A stretch of DNA of 64,000 nt from an uncultured Lactobacillales bacterium (GTDB lineage Bacteria > Pseudomonadota > Alphaproteobacteria > CAAHEQ01 > UBA3637): NCBI GenBank assembly GCA_964414185.1, contig CAYPVK010000004.1, positions 7,626 to 71,625 on the forward strand, written 5' to 3'. Shown piece by piece: positions 53,223-62,408 of the stretch. The position numbers were made by a program, and so were the translations under genes. The first letter of the stretch is position 1, and each line of letters opens with the position of its first letter. The notes beneath the pieces were generated by a model, which did not search any database, was not told where the DNA came from, and saw only the letters and a list, made by a program, of their open reading frames with translations.

Positions 53223-53382
53223 TATCAATAATCCTTGTGAAAGATAAAAATATGCTTCTTATGTACCACAACATAGGATTTTTTGCAAGGCATTTTTGTG
53301 TTTTTTTCACCCGTAAAAAAGTTTAAATAAACCGCCCTTCAAAAAAAAGAGCGGTTTATAAAAACAAGCCCGTCTTGATTGC

Positions 53383-53694
53383 TTATTGAGCGGCAGGATT
53401 GCTCAACGATTTATTAAAATCTTCATACGGATCTTTTCCGTGGAAACGGTCTTTGGCGCTTTGAAAATGAGAACCGCCGACACGCTTCATATCAGCGGCC
53501 GTGTTGGAAACTTCCGAAGATTCCCCCGAAATAAAATCGCTGACAGATGCTACGCGTGCTTTGGTAACCGCCCACCCTTCCATCGGCGGAACGCCCAACA
53601 ATGCCCATGCCAATACCAAAAAGACGGCATAAACAATCGCCAAACGGATGACAAGTTTTACCAAGCCTTTTAAAATTTTACTCAATGCTTCCAT
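53383..53694 (-). CDS. Small membrane protein, hypothetical
   Basis: 103 aa with one long hydrophobic helix (LVIRLAIVYAVFLVLAWALLGV). Confidence 0.45.
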   Translation of the reverse strand: MEALSKILKGLVKLVIRLAIVYAVFLVLAWALLGVPPMEGWAVTKARVASVSDFISGESSEVSNTAADMKRVGGSHFQSAKDRFHGKDPYEDFNKSLSNPAAQ

Positions 53695-53880
53695 AATTTA
53701 AATCCTTTCCATCATAAAAAATGTTATAAAAACACTTTCAAACGACATATATAAAGCTATGCCGAACAAGCCCTATACATATCTTCGTATGCGTTCGAAA
53801 CCGAACGCTTGATTTTTACATACCCTTGACATATAATCGGGTTTACGCTAACGATAACTTAAAAATTTTGAATTGTCCAG

Positions 53881-54558
53881 ATGAAAAATACCACAATCGG
53901 GGATATACCGTTGAAAATAATTGTCAACGCCCGTTCCAAAAGCATAAAATTGAGAATGTCCAAAGACGGAGAAGCCGTTTTGGTGTTGCCGAAACGGACG
54001 CCGAAATTTATGGGAATCGCTTTCGCGCAAAAAAATTTGGATTGGCTTAAAGCGCAAAAAGAAAAAATCGGTGCACCGCGGCAATTTGAAAACGGCATCC
54101 GAATTGAACTGCTCGGAACAACCTATACGATTGAACATAACCCTTTGGTGCGCGGCGGCGTATTCATTGATAATGATAAATTGGTCGTAACGGGTGACAG
54201 CACCCATTTGCATCGACGGGTCCGCGACTTTGTCAAAAAGCAAGCCTATGCGTATATTCAGGAAAAAGCCATTCAAATGGCGGCACGGTTAGATGAAAAA
54301 CCCGCCAAAATAACGTTACGCGATACATCCGGCCGTTGGGGCAGTTGTTCATCAAACAAGAATTTAAGCTTTTGTTGGAAATTGGCGTTGGCGCCGACTT
54401 TTGTTTTGGATTACATCATCGCGCATGAAGTGGCGCATTTGGTCCAAATGAACCATTCCGATGCCTTTTGGTCGGTTGTGGCCCAAATTGACGACAATCG
54501 CGCGGCGGCAAGTATTTGGCTGCGCAAAAACGGTGCCGCCTTGCAAAGATGGGTTTGA
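53881..54558 (+). CDS. M48-family/YgjP-like (DUF45) metal-dependent hydrolase
   Basis: 225 aa. Contains RWGSCSSNKNLSFCWKLALAP and HEVAHLVQMNHS, the YgjP-type HExxH context. Confidence 0.85.
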   Translation: MKNTTIGDIPLKIIVNARSKSIKLRMSKDGEAVLVLPKRTPKFMGIAFAQKNLDWLKAQKEKIGAPRQFENGIRIELLGTTYTIEHNPLVRGGVFIDNDKLVVTGDSTHLHRRVRDFVKKQAYAYIQEKAIQMAARLDEKPAKITLRDTSGRWGSCSSNKNLSFCWKLALAPTFVLDYIIAHEVAHLVQMNHSDAFWSVVAQIDDNRAAASIWLRKNGAALQRWV

Positions 54559-54830
54559 CACAAATTATTGCATTCGTGTCGGCGTGCGTTCCAACCAAAG
54601 GCTCGGACCGCGGCCCTTAGTGCTTGCTTTCCATTCCAACCAACCTGTATACGATGCCACATGGACAAAATCGAAATCGACCGACGCGGGCATCTGTTTC
54701 TTTATGAGATAAATGCGTTTTTCATGACGTGGGACACGGCTTTTTAGAGGTGGATTTAGAGGCGGTTTTTCTTATGACATGGGGCATGGACCGGACATAG
54801 CTTTTTATGATATGGGGCTGTTTTTTATAC

Positions 54831-54854
54831 AAAAAAAGGGGGCTTAACAGCCCC
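54831..54854 (-). terminator. Intrinsic terminator of the ATP-grasp triad operon
   Basis: The minus strand reads GGGGCT-gtta-AGCCCC followed by CTTTTTTT, 10 nt after the stop of the 319-aa gene. Confidence 0.6.
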
Positions 54855-54863
54855 AACATTTTT

Positions 54864-55823
54864 TCAAAGCATATTCTTTTTACCGGCGACAAAATCCAAC
54901 CGTTCATCGGCCGTTAACCCCACAGGATAATCTTTATCTACCGTCCGCAAAATTTTTCTAAGTCCTTTGCGGTTGGCAATTTGAATGGCAAGGCCCGGCC
55001 GCGCGTTGAGTTCAAGCATCATCGGTCCGCGCCCTTTATCCAACACAATATCGGCGCCCAAATACCCAAGCCCCGTCATTTCATAGCCCTTAACGGCAAT
55101 TTGAAGGTGTTCGCGCCAATCGGGTACTTGAATACCCATCAAATCCGCCCCCGTATCGGGGTGCTTGAATATCGGGCGGTTATGTTGGACGGCCGCAACG
55201 GCACGCCCCGTTTGAATATCAATTCCGACACCGACGGCGCCTTGATGTAAATTTGCACGCCCGCCCGATTCTTTGGTTGCCAGGCGCATCATCGCCATAA
55301 CGGGAAACCCTTTATAAACAATGACGCGCACATCGGGCACGCCTTGGAAACTGTAATTTTTGAATATATCACTGAAATGCACGACCTCTTCAAACAACAC
55401 CGTATCATATTGCCCGCCCAAAGAATACAAGCCGCTTAACGTATTGGAAATATGTTGATATACTTCTTTGAACGTCAATTCTTTATTGGAAGCCGTGATA
55501 AATTTATCGGGCGAAAATTTCTTAATGACCAAAACGCCCTTCCCGCCGCTGCCGTGTGCCGGTTTAATGACAAAATCTTGATAAGAACCGATAATTTTTA
55601 AAAAATCCTTCACTTCGTGTTGCGCATCGATTGTCCCGATTAAATGCGGCGTTTTAATGCCGAATTTATCCGCAAGTATTTTTGTTTGGCATTTATCGTC
55701 AACCAGCGGATATAAACGGCGCTTGTTAAGGCGAGCTATAATTTCATGATTACGACAATTCATCGACAATACGCCGACATGGCGCAATTGTTTCGGAAGC
55801 GCAAACCATTTAAACCACGTCAT
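54864..55823 (-). CDS. Alpha-L-glutamate ligase-like (RimK-related) ATP-grasp protein
   Basis: 319 aa. Contains FVIKPAHGSGGKGVLVI and LELNARPGLAIQ, ATP-grasp motifs. The N-terminus LSMNCRNHEIIARLN is typical of this subfamily. Confidence 0.85.
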   Translation of the reverse strand: MTWFKWFALPKQLRHVGVLSMNCRNHEIIARLNKRRLYPLVDDKCQTKILADKFGIKTPHLIGTIDAQHEVKDFLKIIGSYQDFVIKPAHGSGGKGVLVIKKFSPDKFITASNKELTFKEVYQHISNTLSGLYSLGGQYDTVLFEEVVHFSDIFKNYSFQGVPDVRVIVYKGFPVMAMMRLATKESGGRANLHQGAVGVGIDIQTGRAVAAVQHNRPIFKHPDTGADLMGIQVPDWREHLQIAVKGYEMTGLGYLGADIVLDKGRGPMMLELNARPGLAIQIANRKGLRKILRTVDKDYPVGLTADERLDFVAGKKNML

Positions 55824-57409
55824 TTTAAAATCCTTTTTTTCGATTTTTCAGCATTCACAAGCGGAGCAAAACGCATCAGTTCGGTCAAACGGTAACCCGT
55901 ATAAGTCCCAAGCAGCATGACAATACACAAAATGACCAGATTCAATTCGTTAAAGGCAAACATAATATGGCGGATAAATTCGTCGGCAATCACAAAATAA
56001 ACGATAATGCCGACCAAAACGGTACAGAACATTTCCGTAAGCGCGTTTTTGGTCCCTTCTTCTTCCCATGTAATCGAAGCACGTTCGATAATCCACGCCA
56101 TAATGATAATCGGAAAGAACAATGCGGACGAAGCTATATTAATTTTGGCGTCATATCCCCAAACGGTAAAAAATTGAATAATCAATATGACAAAAATCAC
56201 GACGGACGAAATGCGCGGCACCAACAATAAATTAAACCGAGACAACAACGTACGGATAAGCAACCCGACACCGATAATAATGCCAAAGCATATCAAACCG
56301 GCGGCAAATCCCGTTTGGATAAGAGCCATTGAAATCAACATCGGCGTGAACGTGCCCATTGTTTTCAAACCCACGATGTTGCGCATAATGACGACAACCA
56401 AAATGGCCAACGGAAAAATCATCAGCCATTTCAACGCATTTTGTTGGCTGACGGGCAAATTGTAAATTGAAAATTCATAGTCGAATATTTTTAAATTTTG
56501 CAAACCTTTTGACCGATGCTTAGCCATCGAAAAAGCCGACCGAACAGATTTCAATACCGAAAATTTAATCGCCGAATCAACGCCGCCTTCGACATCAATC
56601 AAAGAGTTCCCTTCACGCTGAAAAATCACAAAATCTTTCGGAATGCCCCCCACGCCCGTTTCGACATTATAAACTTGCCAAGCGCCTTTTTCAAAAACTT
56701 CCAATAAAATATCGGCAGAAAACGTTTTCTTTTCTTCCACCAATTTAATGCCGCGAACGATTCGGGACGGGATTTTTTCCACGGCCAACAAGCGGTGCAA
56801 AACCAAAGCCGTATCCTTGGGCGTTTTGCGTTCGGGCAAAAATGTTTGAACAATGGCTTCGGGTTGGGGCCGGTTCAAAAGCGCAATTACTTGTTGCGCC
56901 CGCGTTCCGTCATATTGTTTTGATGTTTCCAACAGCTGGCCCGCAATTTCCAACTCTTGTTCGGACAACGGGACATCCGAAACTTTGGGCGCCGATACCT
57001 TTTGAAGTTTTTGAACGGGGTTTATGTTTTTATACAACAACACCCGGTAATAAATATCTTGAGCCATTTGCGGATTCTTGGGGCCGGAGGTAATTAAAAT
57101 ACGATTAGCCGTCGTTTTAACATCATAATCCGGCGCCACGACATCTTCGCCCAAAATTTTATAATCATCATTTGTCGCCGGACGTGCAATGGAAATTTTA
57201 ACGGGTTCGTCGGTCGGTGTAAAATTTATATGCGCTTCAATCGTCCAAATATCCGTCAAGCTGCGCGCATTCGTTGAAAATCCCCAATATTTTATTTTGT
57301 AATTAATGCTGTAAGCGGCAAATAAAATCGATGCGATTAAACACATAAATAAAAAGATACGCACGGATTTCAACTTTTTTATTAAGGCAGTCACTTTTTT
57401 GGGGAACAT
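55820..57409 (-). CDS. Inactive-transglutaminase-fused 7TM membrane protein (partner of the ATP-grasp ligase)
   Basis: 529 aa. An N-terminal TM helix and extracytoplasmic domain are followed by about 7 C-terminal TM helices. Start and stop overlap the neighbouring genes. Confidence 0.7.
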   Translation of the reverse strand: MFPKKVTALIKKLKSVRIFLFMCLIASILFAAYSINYKIKYWGFSTNARSLTDIWTIEAHINFTPTDEPVKISIARPATNDDYKILGEDVVAPDYDVKTTANRILITSGPKNPQMAQDIYYRVLLYKNINPVQKLQKVSAPKVSDVPLSEQELEIAGQLLETSKQYDGTRAQQVIALLNRPQPEAIVQTFLPERKTPKDTALVLHRLLAVEKIPSRIVRGIKLVEEKKTFSADILLEVFEKGAWQVYNVETGVGGIPKDFVIFQREGNSLIDVEGGVDSAIKFSVLKSVRSAFSMAKHRSKGLQNLKIFDYEFSIYNLPVSQQNALKWLMIFPLAILVVVIMRNIVGLKTMGTFTPMLISMALIQTGFAAGLICFGIIIGVGLLIRTLLSRFNLLLVPRISSVVIFVILIIQFFTVWGYDAKINIASSALFFPIIIMAWIIERASITWEEEGTKNALTEMFCTVLVGIIVYFVIADEFIRHIMFAFNELNLVILCIVMLLGTYTGYRLTELMRFAPLVNAEKSKKRILK

Positions 57410-57447
57410 AGTGTTATCAACCTTTCAACCTTATGGTATGATAGCTT

Positions 57448-58041
57448 TTATGGCAATGTATTTTGAGCGGACGCATCCACAATGGCGCGGCCGGCCAAAA
57501 TATTACGGCCGATTAATACCTGATATTCAAATTTGCTACGGTCTGTCAACGTAAATTGCGATGTGATGATTTCGTTTCCGAAACGGATGCGCATTTGCAC
57601 AACGGTGCGATATTCGCTGCCTTCAATGCGCTTGATGGCCGTACGGCGGTAAATTTTCTTTTCAAAATGGTGTTTTTGACCATTTTTGCGATTAATGACA
57701 TCAAAAGAAACCCATTTTTCGCTGTCGCGTTCAAAAAATTTCACATTTTGCGCATCAATGGACGATGTTTCCGCCCCCGTGTCAATTCGTGCGGCAAGCG
57801 ACGATTTCATCGGCAGGACATAAACGGGTTCAACAACGCCGATAACACCCAAAGAATGCTTAATCGAATAGCACGGTAATTGCACTTCGGGTTCGGATAT
57901 GGGTTCGGATATGGGTTCGGATACGGTTTCGGATACAATCGGCAACGGTTCGGGAACGGGTGCGGGTTTAAATAATGAACAAGCGGACAAAGAAAAGAAA
58001 GCTGTCCCCAAAATAAAAATATAAAATAAATTATGACACAT
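57448..58041 (-). CDS. Retropepsin-like aspartic peptidase lipoprotein (DUF785 / so-called ATP-dependent zinc protease family)
   Basis: Start at MCHNLFYIFILGTAFFSLSAC (lipobox LSAC). Carries a SEPI-type linker repeat and the D-T-G motif in ARIDTGAETSSIDA. Confidence 0.72.
   Translation of the reverse strand: MCHNLFYIFILGTAFFSLSACSLFKPAPVPEPLPIVSETVSEPISEPISEPEVQLPCYSIKHSLGVIGVVEPVYVLPMKSSLAARIDTGAETSSIDAQNVKFFERDSEKWVSFDVINRKNGQKHHFEKKIYRRTAIKRIEGSEYRTVVQMRIRFGNEIITSQFTLTDRSKFEYQVLIGRNILAGRAIVDASAQNTLP
57889..57936 (-). repeat. 4 x 12-bp in-frame tandem repeat (encodes a VSEPISEPISEP linker)
   Basis: gggttcggatat / gggttcggatat / gggttcggatac / ggtttcggatac. Confidence 0.85.
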
Positions 58042-58197
58042 ATTTTGCCTCTTTGATAATATTCGTTGTTTTAAACCAAAACAGGGCAAAAGTAAAGAAT
58101 AAAAAGGATTATTTTTTGCTTTCTTTTTTCGCATAAAGCCATTATGATTACAAATACATCAGCGTTTAACATCCGAACAAAACAAGGTTTTTTTATC

Positions 58198-58803
58198 ATG
58201 ATGAATTACATATGGGCGGGATTGGTTTTAATCGGCGTGTCAACCGTTTTTTTCACCGGCGAATTCACGGCCGTTTCCGAAAGTGCGTTAAATGCAGCCA
58301 AAACCGCCGTCAAAATCGTTTTGGCTTTGATGGGCGTGATGGCATTATGGTTGGGGCTGATGAAAATTGCCGAACAATCGGGTCTGACGGACATATTTGC
58401 CAAGGCCATCCAACCGGCGATTGATTGGTTATTCCCGGACCTTAAAAAAAACAAAAAAGCCAAAGCGGCCATTACAATGAACGTCGCGGCCAATGCATTG
58501 GGTTTGGCCAACGCCGCAACGCCGTTCGGGCTAAAAGCTATGGAAGAAATGCAAAAGGACAATACAAAAAAAGACACGGCAACCAATGCGATGTGCACGT
58601 TTTTAACGATTAACACGGCGGGCATTCAACTGATTCCGATGAGCGTTATCGGCATTTTAGTGGGGTTGGGCGCCCAAAATCCGGCCGAAATTATCGCGCC
58701 TTGTTTAATTGTGACATTATTAACACAAGCCATTGCCATTTTTACCGTCAAATTATTGCAAAAATTAAACGGTAATGCTTCAAAACATAAAGGGGATAAG
58801 TGA
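58198..58803 (+). CDS. Nucleoside-recognition-domain membrane protein, SpmA-like
   Basis: The N-terminus MMNYIWAGLVLIGVSTVFFTG and overall pattern match the SpmA family. Start moved to 58198. Confidence 0.8.
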   Translation: MMNYIWAGLVLIGVSTVFFTGEFTAVSESALNAAKTAVKIVLALMGVMALWLGLMKIAEQSGLTDIFAKAIQPAIDWLFPDLKKNKKAKAAITMNVAANALGLANAATPFGLKAMEEMQKDNTKKDTATNAMCTFLTINTAGIQLIPMSVIGILVGLGAQNPAEIIAPCLIVTLLTQAIAIFTVKLLQKLNGNASKHKGDK

Positions 58804-59333
58804 TGCGCGAAATTTTAATGGTTGTTTCGATGTCTTTAATTCCCTTGCTTATCGGGACGATTTTAATTCACGGCCTGTATAAAAAAGTGCCCGTTTATGA
58901 AACGTTTGTCGCGGGTGCCAAGCAAGGCTTTGAAGTCGGCGTGCGGATTTTGCCGTATTTGGTGGCAATGATGACAGCCGTTGCAATTTTCCGAGCTTCG
59001 GGCGCATTGGATATGATTGCATCATGGATGTCGCCCGTTTTGATATACTTTGGCATTTCGCCCGATTTAATCCCGCTGGCGTTTATGCGCTCGTTATCGG
59101 GCAGCGGGACATTGGGCATTTTTTCGGAAATTGCCGCCGTTCACGGCCCGGACAGCCCCGTTACCAAAACGGCCGCCGTCATGACGGGGTCAAGCGAAAC
59201 AACCTTTTACGTATTGGCCGTTTATTTCGGATCGGTCGGCATCACAAAATTCCGCCATGCGGTCATCGCGGGTCTGATCGCCGATTTTGCCGGCATCGTC
59301 ATTGCGCTGGCAATTTCAAAAATGTTGTTTTAA
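58800..59333 (+). CDS. Nucleoside-recognition-domain membrane protein, SpmB-like
   Basis: 177 aa, overlapping the SpmA-like stop. Contains LRSLSGSGTLG and GSSETTFYVLAVYFG. Confidence 0.8.
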   Translation: MMREILMVVSMSLIPLLIGTILIHGLYKKVPVYETFVAGAKQGFEVGVRILPYLVAMMTAVAIFRASGALDMIASWMSPVLIYFGISPDLIPLAFMRSLSGSGTLGIFSEIAAVHGPDSPVTKTAAVMTGSSETTFYVLAVYFGSVGITKFRHAVIAGLIADFAGIVIALAISKMLF

Positions 59334-59728
59334 TTATTGAACGGATAAGGAAACAATACCGTTGAATTTTGTTCTTTCCCAATCCCCGCATTTGCCGATA
59401 CGCCGTTGATTTTTTCCATTTAAACCATAAAAAACTTTGAATTAAAACGGATAAATTTTCATCGTCAAATTTCACAAAAAATTCGGCGAAATTTTAAAAG
59501 TGCCCTGAGTCGTTTTTTACATCAAAATTTCCGCTTTTTTTGATAAATTTTAAAAATTCGACAAATCTAAGAAAAACATTAACCCTTTTATAATCAAATA
59601 TTTCTTTTAATTTACTTTTCATCATATCCCGATTTGGGCTAAAAATAGAAAAAAGTATACAATTCAAAAATATAGAAAAAAATTCATCGGAATTATACAA
59701 AAAAACCGATCAAAAAAAGGGGGAAATT

Positions 59729-60784
59729 ATGCCAAAAATTTCAGTCATCATACCCGTATACAACGTCGAAAAATTTTTGCCTGCGTGTTTGGATAGTTTG
59801 CTTAACCAAACATTTAAAGATTTTGAAATCATATGCGTCAATGACGGTTCAACCGATAACAGCGGCAAAATTTTGTTGGATTATTCATCTCGCAATACGC
59901 CGGGCAAGCCCCGGATAAGGCCCGTCTTTCAAAAAAATCAGGGTATTTCACGTGCGCGCAACAGCGGTTTGGAAGAAGCGACCGGAGAATATATATATTT
60001 CATGGATTCGGATGATTTTATACATCCTCAATTATTGGAAATCGCTTACACGCATGCAAAAAAGAACAAAGCCGATTTAACCGGATTTGATTTTTACCGC
60101 GAAGCCGTACCGGGCGAATTGACATTGGACGGGGCAAAAAAATACGAAAATATTGACGCGATAAAAACAATTGTTACAACAAACCCGCTCAAATACTTCA
60201 AACCATCTGCCGAACCGCGCATTTATTATAATGTTTGGTCAAAATTAATCAAACGTTCTTTCATCCGCGGCATGGAATTTTTGCCGAATGTCAACCGTTG
60301 CGAAGACATGCTTTTTGTGGCTTGCATGTTAAAACAAAAACCCAAAACCGTTTTAATTCCCGAAAAACTTTATTTTTATCGTAAAAATGACAAATCCGTA
60401 ACAAACGCGCATTTCGACGAAAAACATTTGCAAGACCATTACATGGCTTTAACGGCTTTGCGGGACACATTCCAAGGCAAAGAGTACAAAGATGAATTAA
60501 ATTTCATCTTGAAAAACACCATGCCCGACATTTTATCCAAAATCGTCAAAAAAATCGAAGCGTCCGATTTTGAAAATAAAAATCAATTGCTGCCTTTGTG
60601 GAGAAATATGCTCAGTGATTTGGTCAAATCCAAATGCATCGCGTGGGGGCAAGAAGTCGTCAAGCCGAAAAAACGTTTTTTACCTTATGTTCTGACGGCA
60701 AAACACCATGTGCGCATTTTACCGAAATTGGAACGCACACTGTATGAATCATCCAGAAAGCGCATGGCTCTGTCAAGGGCATGA
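59729..60784 (+). CDS. Family 2 glycosyltransferase
   Basis: The N-terminus ISVIIPVYNVEKFLPACLDSLLNQTFKDFEIICVNDGSTDNS and the DSDD motif are present. Confidence 0.88.
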   Translation: MPKISVIIPVYNVEKFLPACLDSLLNQTFKDFEIICVNDGSTDNSGKILLDYSSRNTPGKPRIRPVFQKNQGISRARNSGLEEATGEYIYFMDSDDFIHPQLLEIAYTHAKKNKADLTGFDFYREAVPGELTLDGAKKYENIDAIKTIVTTNPLKYFKPSAEPRIYYNVWSKLIKRSFIRGMEFLPNVNRCEDMLFVACMLKQKPKTVLIPEKLYFYRKNDKSVTNAHFDEKHLQDHYMALTALRDTFQGKEYKDELNFILKNTMPDILSKIVKKIEASDFENKNQLLPLWRNMLSDLVKSKCIAWGQEVVKPKKRFLPYVLTAKHHVRILPKLERTLYESSRKRMALSRA

Positions 60785-60855
60785 TTTTGTCATATCGGAA
60801 CAATGCATATAAACGGTTGATACTCTCTTTATTCGGTTTTTGTATAAGTTTAAAA

Positions 60856-61035
60856 ACAACAAAACCCACCGTTAAAAAGGTGGGCGGATGTTCAGAAACC
60901 GTTTAAACGCAGACGGCTCGGCTTATTTGGATAAACCTTATTCACCGACATCCGCCCTTGGACAGATATTGGCACGATTATTTTAGTCGTTATGCTCACG
61001 ACTGCGTTTAAAAAGGGTTTCTACGCCCTGAACCC
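60856..61035 (-). ncRNA. Candidate structured small RNA (long imperfect rod plus intrinsic terminator); identity unknown, 6S-like architecture is one possibility
   Basis: Long-range pairing 60890-60912 with 61002-61033 (about 22 bp with bulges). A 10-bp stem pairs 60882-60891 with 60948-60957. A local hairpin lies at 60986-61002. On the minus strand it ends in CCCACC-tttttaac-GGTGGG followed by TTTTGTTGTTTTT. Confidence 0.3.
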
Positions 61036-61154
61036 AATTCTTTGCAGAACCGAACTCAACCGAAGGCTATCATAAAAATCATAAAGCTTCAAGAAAATTC
61101 TATACGCCCGTATTCAATCGGTATCCGTTCAAATAAAAGCGGTGAAACAATTTT

Positions 61155-61976
61155 TTAATGTAAAAATTGAATAATGGTTTGGTACAAATCCTGCCGGCTT
61201 TGTTTACCTGTAAAATTATGACCGGCCTGTTCGATAATTTCCAATTTTTGAGGAACGACAAACGTTTCACTTAATTCTTTGACATCTTTCGGAGCAATGA
61301 CCCTGTCATTATCCGCCGCAATCAACAGCACATCCGATTGAATTTTTGACGCGAACTTTATAGCATCATATGATTTGGCTTCCTCCACGACGGCATACGG
61401 AATAACGGCATTACGGTATTCGTATTCTCCTTTTTCTTTCCACTTTCCACAAAAATCGGGCATATTGGCCATACAACTTTCTTCCCATTTTTGACCGCTG
61501 ATAACCGGCGTTATTAAAACCAAAGTTTCAACTTCGTCGGGATGTTCGGCCGCATACCGCAACACGGACGCTCCGCCCAAAGAATGCCCGGCAAGAACAA
61601 ACGGCCGTCCATAAAAATCTTGCGTTTTTGCCCAATTGACGACCGTATTCAAATCTTCTTCATATGTCGACAAACGACCGTTTACAACCTGCCCGTCGCT
61701 TTTGCCCAACGAATTTCTGTTATCAAACGTGATAACCGAATAACCTTTGTCTAAAAAAGCCTTTTTGGTTGCCTGAACGGCGGGGTGTTCCATATTGGAC
61801 GCCAAACCATGTTGAATAACGGCCAATCTTTTGTCAACGGCATCTTCTTGTTCATCAAGTTGCAAACAGATTAACTCATTTTGCGCATTTCGAATCTGAA
61901 TTTCATGTGTCGGATTATTTTGAACACAAGACGTCAGAAAAATAAATAAAACACTTATCCAAAATTTCGGCATCAT
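61155..61976 (-). CDS. Alpha/beta-fold hydrolase, probable lipoprotein
   Basis: 273 aa. The lipobox-like FLTSC follows a signal helix, and GHSLGG is the nucleophile elbow. Confidence 0.75.
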   Translation of the reverse strand: MMPKFWISVLFIFLTSCVQNNPTHEIQIRNAQNELICLQLDEQEDAVDKRLAVIQHGLASNMEHPAVQATKKAFLDKGYSVITFDNRNSLGKSDGQVVNGRLSTYEEDLNTVVNWAKTQDFYGRPFVLAGHSLGGASVLRYAAEHPDEVETLVLITPVISGQKWEESCMANMPDFCGKWKEKGEYEYRNAVIPYAVVEEAKSYDAIKFASKIQSDVLLIAADNDRVIAPKDVKELSETFVVPQKLEIIEQAGHNFTGKQSRQDLYQTIIQFLH

Positions 61977-62375
61977 ACATTGTTTCCCAATTTTTTTAAT
62001 TTTGATTGTGCTATGGGATAATATTATGCACCCTTTTTAATAAAAACAAGAAATTTATTTTTTCATAAAAATTTCGCTTCAAACCCACCGCGCACATATA
62101 AAAAAAACGCCCCGATGGACGTTTTTGTTTCATTGATTGTGTAACAGAGTCAACTCTGGGAAAAATATACTTTTTCGCCCAATTTTTAGACAATATCACG
62201 AAAAATCAACATATTAGTGCAAATCTGAAGGAATTGTATATTTTTCCGTAAAAAAGCAATAACATTTTGTTTGTGCGAGATATTATCAAATTTAGCTCTC
62301 TTGCCCCTGCGGTAGAGCCAGAAATCGAACCTTTTTGAAACCAAAAAAAATTTCATCACCACCAATTCAATTTTT

Positions 62376-62408
62376 TGAAGGAACCCACTGGGATGACGGT
62401 AATGGCAA
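62376..62408 (+). repeat. Left 33-bp direct repeat bracketing the AT-rich island
   Basis: tgaaggaacccactgggatgacggtaatggcaa compared with tgaaggaacccactagagtgatggtaatggcaa at 63920-63952 (29/33 identical). Both copies contain an RBS-like GAAGGA and the start of an ORF (M-T/M-V-M-A). Confidence 0.8.

Noticed and set aside
54600-54830. Recurrent words (tgacgtgggacacggc, tgacatggggcatggacc, gatatggggctg) between the M48-like gene and the ATP-grasp operon
   Set aside because: They are short, imperfect and irregularly spaced. I could not derive a consistent repeat unit or structure. The overlapping ORFs there (54364-54712) are shadow frames.
57889-57936. Short tandem repeats considered as a CRISPR-like or regulatory array
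   Set aside because: They have a 12-bp period without spacers, are in frame inside a lipoprotein gene and encode a Ser-Glu-Pro-Ile linker. No CRISPR-like repeat-spacer architecture was seen anywhere in the window.
59494-59700. 68-aa ORF in the AT-rich spacer before the glycosyltransferase gene; likewise 62011-62199
   Set aside because: These are very AT-rich, low-complexity translations (Phe/Ile/Lys/Asn) in intergenic promoter-like DNA with no RBS. They are likely spurious.
62270-62340. tRNA-like fragments (tagctc...ggtagagc...aatcgaacc) upstream of the left island repeat
   Set aside because: The pieces resemble D-arm and T-loop words but do not form a cloverleaf on either strand. This is probably coincidence or an unrecognisable relic.
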